From Smithellaceae bacterium (GTDB lineage: Bacteria > Desulfobacterota > Syntrophia > Syntrophales > Smithellaceae), in contig CAXXVL010000001.1 in assembly GCA_963667845.2 (NCBI GenBank), positions 704,001 through 768,000 on the forward strand: 64,000 nucleotides of DNA, in the 5' to 3' direction. Position 1 is the first letter of the stretch. Every line of letters begins with the position of its first letter. The notes below the pieces were generated by a model. That model had not been told where the DNA came from. It was given only the letters and a program-made list of their open reading frames with translations, and searched no databases. The translations under genes and the position numbers were made by a program. Shown here one piece after another: positions 19,292 through 29,836 of the stretch.

Positions 19292-19358
19292 TAAGCCATA
19301 AAAGAAAGAAGACGAGTTTCGAGAAAGAAGAAAACTCAATAAAAGGAGGCTAAACGCA

Positions 19359-19544
19359 ATGACAGCAACAGCAAAGAAAGTCGTAAAGAAGGCCGCAAAG
19401 CCCGCCGCCAAGAAGGCAGCAAAGAAAGTTGTGAAGAAGGCCGCAAAGCCCGCCGCCAAGAAGGTTGCGAAGAAGGCCGTAAAGAAGACCGCTGCAAAGA
19501 AACCCGCAGCCAAGAAAGTTGTCAAAAAGGCAGCCAAAAAGTAG
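19359..19544 (+). CDS. 61-aa Lys/Ala-rich histone H1-like basic protein
   Basis: AGGAGG SD; KKVVKKAAKPAAKK repeats; has its own promoter and terminator. Confidence 0.85.
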   Translation: MTATAKKVVKKAAKPAAKKAAKKVVKKAAKPAAKKVAKKAVKKTAAKKPAAKKVVKKAAKK

Positions 19545-19567
19545 AATCACTCCAATCATGATAATTT

Positions 19568-19600
19568 AAAGAGCAGGTTAACGAAAGTTGCCTGCTCTTT
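19568..19600 (+). terminator. Intrinsic terminator
   Basis: aaagagcagg...cctgctcttt hairpin. Confidence 0.75.
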
Positions 19601-19791
19601 GAATTTCAGCACCCGTCGCTACTTCCTTCCCTCTTAAGTCTTGCCTGTGCGATCGAATCGAAAATCGATGGAACAATAAACCCTGTTTAAAAAAAAAGCA
19701 TTCAGTGCTATGCATACTGTGCATTCGCTTTTTGAACAACGATGTTTATCGCGGCGAATGAATCCCGGTTCCTCATTCGTAGTCGAGGTGA

Positions 19792-21366
19792 TTGATGACC
19801 AGAGACTTAATCCTCAGTATCGATAACGGCACTCAGTCCATCCGCGCTCTTATTTTTGATTTGAAAGGCAACCTGCTTTTCAAACAGCGGGTCCCCATGC
19901 AGCCCTATGTTTCACGGGAGCCCGGCTGGGCGGAACAGGATGCTGATTACTACTGGAAGTCACTGTGCAAGGTTTGTCAGATGCTCTGGCATGAGACGTC
20001 CGTTCCGAAGGAAGCGATTGCGGGTGTTGCGCTGACGACCCAGCGGGCCACGATGATTAATGTCGATCGCAGCGGGAAGCCGCTTAGGCCGGCGATGGTC
20101 TGGCTGGACCAGAGATCTACGTTCGGCCTGAAACCGGTCGGCGGGTTGTGGGGATTGGCGTTCAAAATGTCGGGGATGAGCGAAACCGTCGCTTATCTGC
20201 AGGCCGAAGCGGAAAGCAACTGGATTAAGCGTTATCAGCCGGACATCTGGAAGAAGACGCATAAGTTTTTATTTCTTTCCGGCTATCTGACCTATTGCCT
20301 GACGGGACGTTTTGTCGATTCCGTCGGTTGTCAGGTGGGCTATATTCCGTTTGACTATAAAAAGAAGACCTGGGCGTCTTCATGGAACTGGAAGTGGGAG
20401 GTGACTCAGGTTGAACCGCGAATGCTTCCGGATTTGGTCGAGCCCGCAGGTGTGCTGGGACAAATTACACATCAGGCCGCCGCAGAGACCGGCATCCCGG
20501 AAGGTCTGCCGCTCATTGCCGCTGCCGCAGACAAGGCCTGTGAGGTCATCGGTGCCGGTTGTCTCGAACCGCACATTGGATGCTTGAGCTATGGAACAAC
20601 CGCCACCATCAATACGACACACTATAAATACATCGAAGCCATCCCGCTCATTCCCCCGTATCCCTCGGCCGTCCCGGATGCCTACAGCCTCGAAATACAG
20701 ATTTACCGGGGGTACTGGATGGTGAGCTGGTTCAAGGAGCAATTTGCGCAACTGGAGCAGCAGATCGCCGAAGAACGCAATGTTGAAGTGGAGACTCTCA
20801 TTGAAGAGCTCCTGCACGAAGTCCCGCCGGGCTCCATGGGACTGATCCTTCAGCCCTACTGGTCGCCGGGCATCAAGGTGCCGGGACCCGAAGCCAAAGG
20901 AGCCGTGATCGGGTTCGGCGACGTCCACAACCGGGCTCATCTTTACCGCGCCATCCTGGAGGGCGTGGCTTACGCGCTCAGGGACGGCAAGGAACGGCAG
21001 GAAAAGCGCAGCGGGGTGGATATCACGGAGTTGCGCGTATCCGGCGGGGGATCGCAGAGTGATGCCGCGATGCAGCTCACCGCCGATATCTTCGGGATGC
21101 CCGCGGCGCGTTCACAAATTTATGAAACGTCCGGGCTGGGTGCGGCCATTGATGCGGCCGTGGGTCTGAAACTGCACCAGAACTTCAAAAAAGCCGTTGC
21201 CGAAATGACGCACATCGGACAGTATTTCGAACCGGATCTCAATACACACAAAATATATAATCAGCTTTACAAGCGTGTCTATAAGCAAATGTACAAGCGG
21301 TTAAAGCCCCTCTATGAAGAAATCCGTGACATCACCGGCTACCCGAGGAAGGTGGGAGAGACGTGA
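19792..21366 (+). CDS. FGGY-family carbohydrate kinase
   Basis: [43 protein letters not shown]. Confidence 0.93.
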   Translation: MMTRDLILSIDNGTQSIRALIFDLKGNLLFKQRVPMQPYVSREPGWAEQDADYYWKSLCKVCQMLWHETSVPKEAIAGVALTTQRATMINVDRSGKPLRPAMVWLDQRSTFGLKPVGGLWGLAFKMSGMSETVAYLQAEAESNWIKRYQPDIWKKTHKFLFLSGYLTYCLTGRFVDSVGCQVGYIPFDYKKKTWASSWNWKWEVTQVEPRMLPDLVEPAGVLGQITHQAAAETGIPEGLPLIAAAADKACEVIGAGCLEPHIGCLSYGTTATINTTHYKYIEAIPLIPPYPSAVPDAYSLEIQIYRGYWMVSWFKEQFAQLEQQIAEERNVEVETLIEELLHEVPPGSMGLILQPYWSPGIKVPGPEAKGAVIGFGDVHNRAHLYRAILEGVAYALRDGKERQEKRSGVDITELRVSGGGSQSDAAMQLTADIFGMPAARSQIYETSGLGAAIDAAVGLKLHQNFKKAVAEMTHIGQYFEPDLNTHKIYNQLYKRVYKQMYKRLKPLYEEIRDITGYPRKVGET

Positions 21367-21458
21367 ATGGTGAATAGTGAATGGTGAAATAGTTTGAGGG
21401 TATGCGCGGTGCCGGCGAAGGTATGATGCAAAGGCATCACTATCCACTATCCACTATT
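21363..21458. repeat. Opposed heptamer arrays (GTGAATR)x4 and (CACTATC)x3
   Basis: gtgaatg gtgaata gtgaatg gtgaaat (21363-21390); cactatc cactatc cactatt (21438-21458). Confidence 0.85.
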
Positions 21459-21538
21459 TTTCCCCCCTATTGACAGAAGAAAAAAACGGGCATATAGCGA
21501 GAACGTAAAAAAATGGGAGAAAAAGGCAGATTGGATTC

Positions 21539-22294
21539 ATGCTCGAATTAAAAAACCTCTATTTCACCGTTCCCGAGAGTGATGGGACCGGCGCGGAACG
21601 CAACATTATCGATGGAATCGACTTCACATTTGACGACGGAAAGTTTTACGCAATCACCGGACCCAACGGGAGCGGGAAGACAACGCTTGCGAAATTGATT
21701 ATGGGAATTAATCCGGTGTCCCGCGGTTCGATTATTTTCGACGGACGGGATATTTCATCGCTCTCCATTACAGAGCGGGCCAAGGCGGGGGTTGCTTACA
21801 GTTTTCAGCAGCCTGCGCGTTTCAAAGGAATCACGTTTCGCGATCTGATGGCGATCGCCACCGGCATTGACGATGAAGATAAACTGCTGGAGATTCTGTC
21901 GCGGGTGGGAATTTGTCCTCTGTCTTTTCTGGATAAGGAAATAGATGCCAGGCTGTCGGGCGGCGAAATTAAGAAGATCGAACTGGCGATTACCATTGCC
22001 GCCAACCCCAAGCTGGCGATTTACGATGAACCCGATACGGGGATTGATCTGTGGACCATTGGTCCGATGGTGAGTCTCTTAAAGAAAGAACTGAAGGCCA
22101 ACCGCACGACGACCATCGTCGTCAGCCACAACCGGGCGTTTCTGGAAGCGGCGGATGTGGTCATCATCATCAATTCAGGTAAAATTGTTTACCACGGAGG
22201 TCTGGACGGCGCCATGCCGCTTCTGGAAGATTTAAGCGTGTGCACGTATCGGGACAGTTGCGAAGGAGAGCGGGATGCTGGATGCTTTAGATAA
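21539..22294 (+). CDS. SufC-like ABC ATPase (SMS system SmsC-like)
   Basis: GPNGSGKTT, FQQPARFKG, LSGGEIKKIE, DEPDTGID; C-terminal Cys residues; TTGACA-N17-TATAGC promoter at 21470-21498. Confidence 0.85.
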   Translation: MLELKNLYFTVPESDGTGAERNIIDGIDFTFDDGKFYAITGPNGSGKTTLAKLIMGINPVSRGSIIFDGRDISSLSITERAKAGVAYSFQQPARFKGITFRDLMAIATGIDDEDKLLEILSRVGICPLSFLDKEIDARLSGGEIKKIELAITIAANPKLAIYDEPDTGIDLWTIGPMVSLLKKELKANRTTTIVVSHNRAFLEAADVVIIINSGKIVYHGGLDGAMPLLEDLSVCTYRDSCEGERDAGCFR

Positions 22295-23195
22295 AACGCT
22301 TTTGAAAACGGTCGCCGATCTGGAGGGGCTGCCCAAGGGCGCTTATAACATCAGGAAAAACGGCAAACTCTTGAGTCGTCAGGTATCGGCGAATATTAAT
22401 ATTGAAACGAATGCCGATTCGACGGGCATCATTGTCACCATTAAACCCGGAACGAAAAACGAATCCGTGCATATCCCCGTCATCCTGAGTCAGGCCGGCC
22501 TTTATGACGTGGTCTATAATTCCTTTATTATCGGTGATGAAGCCGACGTGACGATTGTTGCCGGCTGCGGCATTCACTGCGGCTCGTCTGCACCGGAAGG
22601 CCACGCAGGCATTCATGACTTTCAGGTCGGTAAAAAGGCCAAGGTCACCTATGTCGAAAAACACTATGCGACGGGCGAAGGCCGGGGCCGGCGGACGCTC
22701 AATCCGACAACGAAAGTTTTTTTGGCGGAGGGCGCCCGGGCGGACATGGAGCTGACCCAGATTGCGGGTGTGGACGAAGCCAACCGCCTCAATGAAGCCG
22801 TGCTCGGACCGGACAGTCTGCTGCTCATTACGGAAAGAGTATTGACGGATGGTGACCAGACGGCCGTATCGACGAACAACATCCTCCTCAGCGGTGCGGG
22901 GAGCCGGGCCAATATGATCTCCCGGTCGGTTATGAAGGGCAATTCCAAGCAGACGTTCTACGCGACGATGGATGCGCAAAACAGGTGTTTCGGACACATC
23001 GAATGCGATGCCATCATTATGGACAACGGGACCAACGAGACCATGCCTTCATTGAAGGCGGGGCATCCCGACGCCGAGCTGACGCATGAAGCCTCGATCG
23101 GTAAAATTGCCAACGATCAGCTCACCAAGTTGATGAGCCTCGGTCTGACGTATGATCAGGCCGTCAACAGGATAATTCAAGGCTTTCTGAAATAA
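22275..23195 (+). CDS. SufB/SufD-family Fe-S scaffold (SmsB-like)
   Basis: VHIPVIL, IVAGCGIH, GHIECDAI, LTHEASIGKI, LMSLGL; overlaps the SufC-like gene. Confidence 0.88.
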   Translation: MLDALDKTLLKTVADLEGLPKGAYNIRKNGKLLSRQVSANINIETNADSTGIIVTIKPGTKNESVHIPVILSQAGLYDVVYNSFIIGDEADVTIVAGCGIHCGSSAPEGHAGIHDFQVGKKAKVTYVEKHYATGEGRGRRTLNPTTKVFLAEGARADMELTQIAGVDEANRLNEAVLGPDSLLLITERVLTDGDQTAVSTNNILLSGAGSRANMISRSVMKGNSKQTFYATMDAQNRCFGHIECDAIIMDNGTNETMPSLKAGHPDAELTHEASIGKIANDQLTKLMSLGLTYDQAVNRIIQGFLK

Positions 23196-23278
23196 AGTTG
23201 CAAGACCCATACGAAGAAGCGGACCTGTATGTCCACGTGTCATGACCCATGCCAGCGCCGATGAGACCGGACAGCACC

Positions 23279-25840
23279 ATGTTTCACTATTTTATCCGTT
23301 ATGTTCACCTGTACCTGTTGGCGGGATGCCTGATGGGCGCGTGGGGTTGCGCGAGGATGATGGACGTGATGCCCGCGCCGCCCGGCGTTCAGGCCCGCGT
23401 CGAACTGAACGGTCCTTATGATGCAGACATCCCTGTTCGGGAAATCAATCAGATCAAAAACGCCGGCGTGATGCAGGATTGGGCCATTCCCTACATTTTC
23501 ATGCGCGTCGGAATGCATTTCGAAGCCGCGGGCGATTCCATACGATCCATTCATTTCTTCAACCGCGCAAGCGATGAATTTCAGAAACGGAACAATGCGC
23601 TCGGAGAAGCATCCGCCCAGAGCAGCAAAATATCGGCTCTGGTCCATTTCGGCAACTATCGGGCGGCTTACCTTGTCATTGAGGCCCTGGACAAAAAATG
23701 GTCTCATGCCCCATTGACCGCCTTTGTCTTATTCAACTACGGTTATTATCATCTGAAAAGCGGCAATTACGCCAAGGCGCGCACATACTTCGAACAAGCC
23801 CTCGCGGCCAATGCGACAGAAGCGAAGGACCCCCACCTGCTGGCGCTGCGGCGCGACAGTGAACTGGGGTATGCCATGACCCTGATTGCGGCCGATTCCT
23901 TTTCGGCTGTGGCCGGCAGGCTTTGCTTTGCGGATTTTGATGCAGTCTTTTATCAGGACATCCGCCGCAATGCAGCCGAAGGTCTGTCGCGGCTGGATCA
24001 GGTATCCGAATTAAACACTACGCTGCGCAATACAAAAGTTTATCTATATTTCTCGGAGATCTCCCCTGCGAATATCGAATGCGATGTGTTCAATTATCGG
24101 GGTCTGGCCCTGGGTCTTATGGGCAGAGCGGCCGAGGCCGTCCAAAACATCGAAAAGGCGATGATCGTTGCCCGGAGCACGAACTATCACCTCGGTGAAG
24201 CCGACGGCGTGCTTTTCCTCAATCAGGTGTATCTCCTTGATAAAAATCATTGGGAAGGAATAAGGGCCGCAACCGCTCTTGCCGAAATCGCTGATCGGTA
24301 CCGGATGGTGACGTATGCGATTTGGGCGCACATGATGCTGGCCCATCATCATAAAGCCACGGGTGATGTCGACCGGACGATGATCTCCCTGGACAGGGCC
24401 CTGGTGTTGATGGAAGAGAATGGTTCGTGGCTCATGCAGGATAAGGATTTTCGGGGGATCGGTCATTTCAAACGCCAGGAAATTTATGAAGCACTCCTCG
24501 AACTTGCCGCCGCAAAAGGCGATGAGCGCAGAGCTTTCCAAACGGCTGAACGGTCCAAGGCGGCCGCGCTCGCCGACCGGCTGTCCGGAGATGTCGTGGG
24601 CAAGACGCCCGACGTGTCGGAGAATATCAAGCAGATTCTTTTTTACCGTGAACAATTGGCGGAGTATTACCAGGGACTGTTATCTTCGTTCAACGGAGAC
24701 GTGGTCTTCAGGGATTTGATTGCCAAAATAGATAAGGCACGAAGCGCTTATCAGCAACTGAACCGCAGGATTAAAGAAAAGGACGGAGCCCTGTATTCAT
24801 TGATCGGTGTTGTTCCGCCGACGGTCGATGATCTGCAGCGCATCCTGGACAATAACACCACTCTTTTTACATTTTATGTCGGCCGGGAGCATCTCTATAT
24901 CTGGGCGGTCAGTCAAAGCGGATTCCGCCAGGAAAAAATCGGCTTATCGCGGCGCGCCGTGGAACAGCTGGTATCCGCTTACATGAGCGCTCTGGGATCA
25001 AAAGACAAGAGCCATTCCGACGTCCGGGCGGAGCAGATGTACGAAACATTTTTAAAACCCGTTATTCCCTTCGTTTCCGGCGACCGTGTAGGCTTTGTGC
25101 CCCACGGGGTGCTGTGCAATCTTCCGTTTGCGGCGATGCGCTATGTGAAGTCTTATCTGGTGGACGGGTTTACGATTTTTTACCTGCCCCATACCGGCCT
25201 TGTCAGGCAGCAACCGCCGCCCAAACCGGTTTTGAACGAAAAGACGGCGATCATCATTGCCGATGCCCGGTGCGTTTACAAGAAACAGTCTTCAGTATCC
25301 GCCGAAGATGAAGTGAATGCAGTGAAGAAAATATTTCCGCGGGCCGAATACATTGTGAAAGATGACGCATTAAGAGACGACTGGCGAATGTACGCCGGCA
25401 CTTACGATGCCATCCACTTGATCGCGGATCATTGTTTGATGGAAGCGGCGGCATCCGATTACAGCCCGTCTTTACGGGCGGCCCGGTGGCGCGATGGTTG
25501 TCCCGGTACGCGCGATATCTTCCGTCTCGGGTTGCACGGCAATGCGACCGTCTTAAGTGTCTGCCGGGGAGAAAAAATGCCGGCGCTCCGGGGAGAGGGC
25601 AGGCCGGCCTGGACCGGCGCATGGCTTTACGCCGTGAGTCCGCAGATCGTAACTCAGCTCTGGGAGGTCGAGGACAAGACCAAAACGGTCTTGATGGGAA
25701 TGTTTTACAGTCATTTTAAGAAGAGCGGCGATGCTGCCGAGGCATTGAGAGAGGCGCAAAACGGGATGATTCGGATGCGCTATGGGGCATCCGACTGGGC
25801 GGCATTCATCTTAACCGGCCAGGCGGCGTCAAAGGAATAA
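23279..25840 (+). CDS. TPR + CHAT domain protein, probable lipoprotein
   Basis: N-terminal hydrophobic stretch with LAGC/AWGC; TPR-like helices; AFQTAERSKA, PHGVL.NLPFAA, LWEVED, ALREAQ, WAAFILTG. Start may be 23249. Confidence 0.85.
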   Translation: MFHYFIRYVHLYLLAGCLMGAWGCARMMDVMPAPPGVQARVELNGPYDADIPVREINQIKNAGVMQDWAIPYIFMRVGMHFEAAGDSIRSIHFFNRASDEFQKRNNALGEASAQSSKISALVHFGNYRAAYLVIEALDKKWSHAPLTAFVLFNYGYYHLKSGNYAKARTYFEQALAANATEAKDPHLLALRRDSELGYAMTLIAADSFSAVAGRLCFADFDAVFYQDIRRNAAEGLSRLDQVSELNTTLRNTKVYLYFSEISPANIECDVFNYRGLALGLMGRAAEAVQNIEKAMIVARSTNYHLGEADGVLFLNQVYLLDKNHWEGIRAATALAEIADRYRMVTYAIWAHMMLAHHHKATGDVDRTMISLDRALVLMEENGSWLMQDKDFRGIGHFKRQEIYEALLELAAAKGDERRAFQTAERSKAAALADRLSGDVVGKTPDVSENIKQILFYREQLAEYYQGLLSSFNGDVVFRDLIAKIDKARSAYQQLNRRIKEKDGALYSLIGVVPPTVDDLQRILDNNTTLFTFYVGREHLYIWAVSQSGFRQEKIGLSRRAVEQLVSAYMSALGSKDKSHSDVRAEQMYETFLKPVIPFVSGDRVGFVPHGVLCNLPFAAMRYVKSYLVDGFTIFYLPHTGLVRQQPPPKPVLNEKTAIIIADARCVYKKQSSVSAEDEVNAVKKIFPRAEYIVKDDALRDDWRMYAGTYDAIHLIADHCLMEAAASDYSPSLRAARWRDGCPGTRDIFRLGLHGNATVLSVCRGEKMPALRGEGRPAWTGAWLYAVSPQIVTQLWEVEDKTKTVLMGMFYSHFKKSGDAAEALREAQNGMIRMRYGASDWAAFILTGQAASKE

Positions 25841-26147
25841 AAGGCTTGGGCCCGATAGCACAGGCCGCTTCGGGAACGATCAGACTTTGTCACGCTATTC
25901 AGGATCAGATAGAGCCATAGGGCCGGGTAAATGTCCCGGAATCATCGGACGGCGGGAAAGGATGCTGCCTTTCGATGCAGGCAAGATGAATCGTCAACGC
26001 CGTGAGAGTGAGCAAAGCATTTTTCTTGCGTGAATGTTGTTTATCTGTTAGAAAAACTTCATCCAATGAAGTGGCAACTTGTGCTGCGGAAACCGGCTTC
26101 ACGGACATCCGCAAACAGGTATTTCAATTCTTTTCCGGGAGCGGATC

Positions 26148-26987
26148 ATGCAAGACGACGCACCGACAAAATCATCACGGGTTGCAAACGATTATTTAAT
26201 GGAAAGCGATGAAGAGGCTGTCCGTCTGGATATCAAAACGGATCCGGACGCCTTGCGCCGGCAGGCCCTCTGGTGCGGCGTCAGGCCGGGCATGCGTGTT
26301 TTGGACTGCTGCTGCGGCTCGGGGAAAACCACATCACTGCTTTACGATCTGATACAGCCCGGGGGCAGCATTGTGGGCATCGATTTTTCCGAACAGCGGC
26401 TATCCTATGCGCAGGAACATTACGGCGGCAGGAAAGGCATCGTGTTTCGCCCTCAAAATCTCTGTGAGACAATGGATGATCTCGGCAAATTCGATCTCAT
26501 CTGGGTCCGGTTTGTCCTGGAATATTTTAAAAAGGAAGCGTTGGATATTGTCGGGAATCTCAAGCGATGTCTGAAGCCCGGCGGGACGCTGTGTCTGATC
26601 GACCTCGATTATAATTGCCTTACGCATTATGACGTGCCGGCGCCGCTTGCGGCGGCGCTTTCCGCGATCATGGACTCGCTGGACAGGCAAAATAATTTTG
26701 ACATCTTTATCGGGCGTAAACTCTATTCTTTCCTGTATGACAATGGCTTTCAGAATATTGAAGTAGAACTGATGGCCCACAATTTGTTGTATGGGAACAT
26801 CCGAGACAGGGATAAATTTAACTGGACAAAAAAAATGGAAGTGGCGGCCAAAATATCAAAAGCCGTCGTTGACGGATACCCGGGAGGACCCCAGCAGTTT
26901 TATTTAGACGTCGACCATTTTATTGGGGATCCCCGGCGCTTCAGCTACACACCCTTATTGCTCTGCAAAGGGTCCGTTCCGGAATGA
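26148..26987 (+). CDS. Class I SAM-dependent methyltransferase
   Basis: YLMESDEEAVRL, GMRVLDCCCGSG, VGIDFS, FDLIWVRFVLEY, LKPGG. Confidence 0.9.
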   Translation: MQDDAPTKSSRVANDYLMESDEEAVRLDIKTDPDALRRQALWCGVRPGMRVLDCCCGSGKTTSLLYDLIQPGGSIVGIDFSEQRLSYAQEHYGGRKGIVFRPQNLCETMDDLGKFDLIWVRFVLEYFKKEALDIVGNLKRCLKPGGTLCLIDLDYNCLTHYDVPAPLAAALSAIMDSLDRQNNFDIFIGRKLYSFLYDNGFQNIEVELMAHNLLYGNIRDRDKFNWTKKMEVAAKISKAVVDGYPGGPQQFYLDVDHFIGDPRRFSYTPLLLCKGSVPE

Positions 26988-29836
26988 TTCTGCCCGTCAA
27001 TAATCTTCCGGATGGAGCTCAATAAGTCTTCCGGGCGATAGGGTTTGTGAATAAATCCGGCTGCTCCGGCGAGGGTCAGATCTTCCGTTTGCTGGCCGTT
27101 TGCATAGCCGCTGGTCATCAGGACTCTGACGTCCGGCTTGATCGAACGCAAATCGTGCAGACATTTTTTGCCGCCGCCGCCCGGCATAATAAGATCCAGG
27201 ATAACCAGATCGATTCCGCCTTTGAGCCGGTCAAAGATTTCTACGGCCTCCTCGCCGCTTTCCGCCGTGATGATCCGATAGCCGTACAACTTTAATGTAT
27301 CTTCGACGGTCTCCAGAATATTCTTCTCGTCATCAACCAGCAGAATGCTTTCCGTACCGTAGGCGTTAAGTTTCGGCAGTTCCTGGTCCTTCTTCGCTTC
27401 TCCTCCCTTCGCTTTCGCCGGGAGGATGATGTCGAAGGTTGTTCCCTTGTCGGGCTCGCTCTCACAGTGAATAAATCCGTCGTGATTCTTGATAATGCCC
27501 TGGACGACCGAGAGGCCCAGGCCGGTGCCTTTGCCGGGTCCCTTGGTGGTGAAAAAAGGTTCAAAAATCCGTTTGATCAGCTCCCCGTCCATTCCGCATC
27601 CTGTGTCTGCCACGGAAAGAAGGACATAGGTTCCAGGCGTGATCTGAGTGCCTCCCATGGCGGTTCTTTCCTGCAGGATCAGATTTTTGGTTGTGATCGT
27701 AATCATGCCGCTGTCTCCCATGGCATCGCGGGCATTGATGACAAGATTCATGATGACCTGTCCGATCTGTGTGGCGTCCGCCGTAATGGAGAAGATGTCT
27801 TCGCAGAGATCGGTCTGGATTTCGATCATTTTGGGGATCGATTTGCTCAGCAGGTTGTGGATGCTTTTGATCTCTTTATTGATGTCGACCGCATTGGACA
27901 GCGGTTCCACTTTTTTACTGAAGAGAAGCAGTTGCCGAACCAGTTCGCGTGAACGGGTAATCAATTCGCCGATGCTGTTGAGGTAAGGCATATCGGCTTC
28001 ATTACCGAGCCGGCCGGAAAGCATGAGCTGATTGTATCCCATAATCGCTTGGATGATATTGTTGAAATCATGAGCGATGCCCCCGGTTAAAGTGCCCAGG
28101 GCCTCCATTTTGGAGGCCTGGAGCAATTGCGCTTCCATGCTGCGCAGTGTTGAAATGTCCTTAATCGTTCCGACGATGCCGATGACTTTCCCTTCCGCGT
28201 CGAGGTCGGGTGCGGCGCTGAGGGTAATATAGCGCGGTAATCCCTTGGAATTGGAAATGGTCAAATACTTGTCTCTGACCCGCAATTGATCCTTCAAGAT
28301 GCTTTGCAGCACGTCTGCGAAAACATTTTGATCCTCCTGGCGCAGAAAATCGGACAGGCATTTGCCCTGAAGGCCGGCCTGACTGTGTCCGAAAATTTCC
28401 TCCCAGGCCGAATTGACGTACTTAAATCTGCCGCTCTCATCCAGTTGATAGATAATATCGGGGGAATTATCACTGAGATTGCGGAAGCGTTCTTCGCTCT
28501 CCAGGACCCGTTTGTGCGTTCGCGCGTTGCTCAGGCTGATGCCGATCTGCTGCGCGACGCCGACGAGCAGGCTCACGTCGCTCTGGGTTGGGCTATTCAC
28601 CGTGCCGCTGATATCAACAGACAGAACGCCTTCCGTTTCACCCTTAAAAACAATCGGGACACAGATAAACGCTTTGATGCCGAGGTCTCTGATCAGTTTG
28701 TAGCTCCTTTCCGACAGATTCGTCTCGGCGTGCTCCACGCCATCGACGAGAAAGGGTTTCTGATTTATAAAGGCCTGATAAAAATAACCCTTGGACTGCG
28801 GATTGGTAAGACTGAAGCTCAGATTTCTCAAGAGGGCCGCTTCATGCGGCGTATAACCATGACCTGAGCTGAATATGAGCTTTGTTCTTTCGGGATTGGC
28901 CAGCATGACCATACTGCGGTCAAACAGCAACCTTTTATGCAGAGCATCTGTTATAAAATTCAATAGCTCCTGCGGGTCCAGAATGCTGGACACCGCTTCG
29001 CCGATTTCGCGAATCAGGAGGGATTCGTTGTATCGCAGATTGATTTGTGCAACAAGTTCATCCGTCGCCTGACCCTGTTGCTGGAGATTCACCGCCATTT
29101 CCCGGCTTCGGAGGAACGAGCCGAACAGCAGAACCATCACGGACATCAGGAGCGCGGACAGGGTTGTGACGAGCCAATGGCTTGTGGGCAGGAAATAGAA
29201 AAGCGGAAAGGAGGCGAGCGCGGTGAGCGCCAGCAGGTAGTAGCCGATACGTCTCCAGATCATGGATCGCGGTGACTTCCAGGAAATGATGTAGCGGCAG
29301 TGCCAGTCGCCGTGATGCAGACATTCCGGGTGTTCCACGGTCGCGAATTCACCGGTGAATATTTCAGCAACGGCTTCAAACATGCCCAGGCGATTCTGAC
29401 ATTGAAAGAGTTCTTCTTTGACACCGGGGTTGGGCGTGGCGATGATCTCAATTTTGTTATCGGACAGGCTTTTGCTTTTAATGGAAAGGTGACGGCTCAG
29501 ATTCGTGGCGATCTTTTCGACGGCCCAGTAAGCCATGGCCGGCGATAGAAATCCGACAACGGACTGACGCAGAATACTGGAAACAGATGATTTGGGAGAG
29601 CCCATATACCGGCCCGCCTGTTTGGCAACTTCAGGGTTGTTGGTGGCGCGACTCGCATATTCGTGAAAGAGGTTGACTTGCTGCTGCGTCAACCAGTGTC
29701 CTTTGTCTTCGATTTCATAATTGGTGATCCCTGCATAAGACAGCAGTTCCTTGAAATTCAGATCCGGATAATCTTTCTCCAGGTATTCGAGATAGGTTTT
29801 AATGATCATGCTGTTGTATAAAGGTTTGTCAATCAT
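26945..29836 (-). CDS. Hybrid sensor histidine kinase (N-terminal V4R/H-NOX-like sensor, 2 TM, GAF, PAS, HisKA, HATPase, REC)
   Basis: GIAHDFNN H-box, [44 protein letters not shown] receiver; N-terminal CQNRLG...EHPEC...G..HCRY. Confidence 0.93.
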   Translation of the reverse strand: MIDKPLYNSMIIKTYLEYLEKDYPDLNFKELLSYAGITNYEIEDKGHWLTQQQVNLFHEYASRATNNPEVAKQAGRYMGSPKSSVSSILRQSVVGFLSPAMAYWAVEKIATNLSRHLSIKSKSLSDNKIEIIATPNPGVKEELFQCQNRLGMFEAVAEIFTGEFATVEHPECLHHGDWHCRYIISWKSPRSMIWRRIGYYLLALTALASFPLFYFLPTSHWLVTTLSALLMSVMVLLFGSFLRSREMAVNLQQQGQATDELVAQINLRYNESLLIREIGEAVSSILDPQELLNFITDALHKRLLFDRSMVMLANPERTKLIFSSGHGYTPHEAALLRNLSFSLTNPQSKGYFYQAFINQKPFLVDGVEHAETNLSERSYKLIRDLGIKAFICVPIVFKGETEGVLSVDISGTVNSPTQSDVSLLVGVAQQIGISLSNARTHKRVLESEERFRNLSDNSPDIIYQLDESGRFKYVNSAWEEIFGHSQAGLQGKCLSDFLRQEDQNVFADVLQSILKDQLRVRDKYLTISNSKGLPRYITLSAAPDLDAEGKVIGIVGTIKDISTLRSMEAQLLQASKMEALGTLTGGIAHDFNNIIQAIMGYNQLMLSGRLGNEADMPYLNSIGELITRSRELVRQLLLFSKKVEPLSNAVDINKEIKSIHNLLSKSIPKMIEIQTDLCEDIFSITADATQIGQVIMNLVINARDAMGDSGMITITTKNLILQERTAMGGTQITPGTYVLLSVADTGCGMDGELIKRIFEPFFTTKGPGKGTGLGLSVVQGIIKNHDGFIHCESEPDKGTTFDIILPAKAKGGEAKKDQELPKLNAYGTESILLVDDEKNILETVEDTLKLYGYRIITAESGEEAVEIFDRLKGGIDLVILDLIMPGGGGKKCLHDLRSIKPDVRVLMTSGYANGQQTEDLTLAGAAGFIHKPYRPEDLLSSIRKIIDGQNHSGTDPLQSNKGV

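Noticed and set aside
18995..19559. Antisense ORFs rich in F/A/L/C
   Set aside because: Mirror translations of the Lys/Ala repeat gene; the SD, promoter and terminator are on the + strand.
25841..26147. c-di-GMP riboswitch upstream of the methyltransferase
   Set aside because: I could not find the GEMM consensus (GCAAA..GAAA..GACGCAAAG) on either strand.
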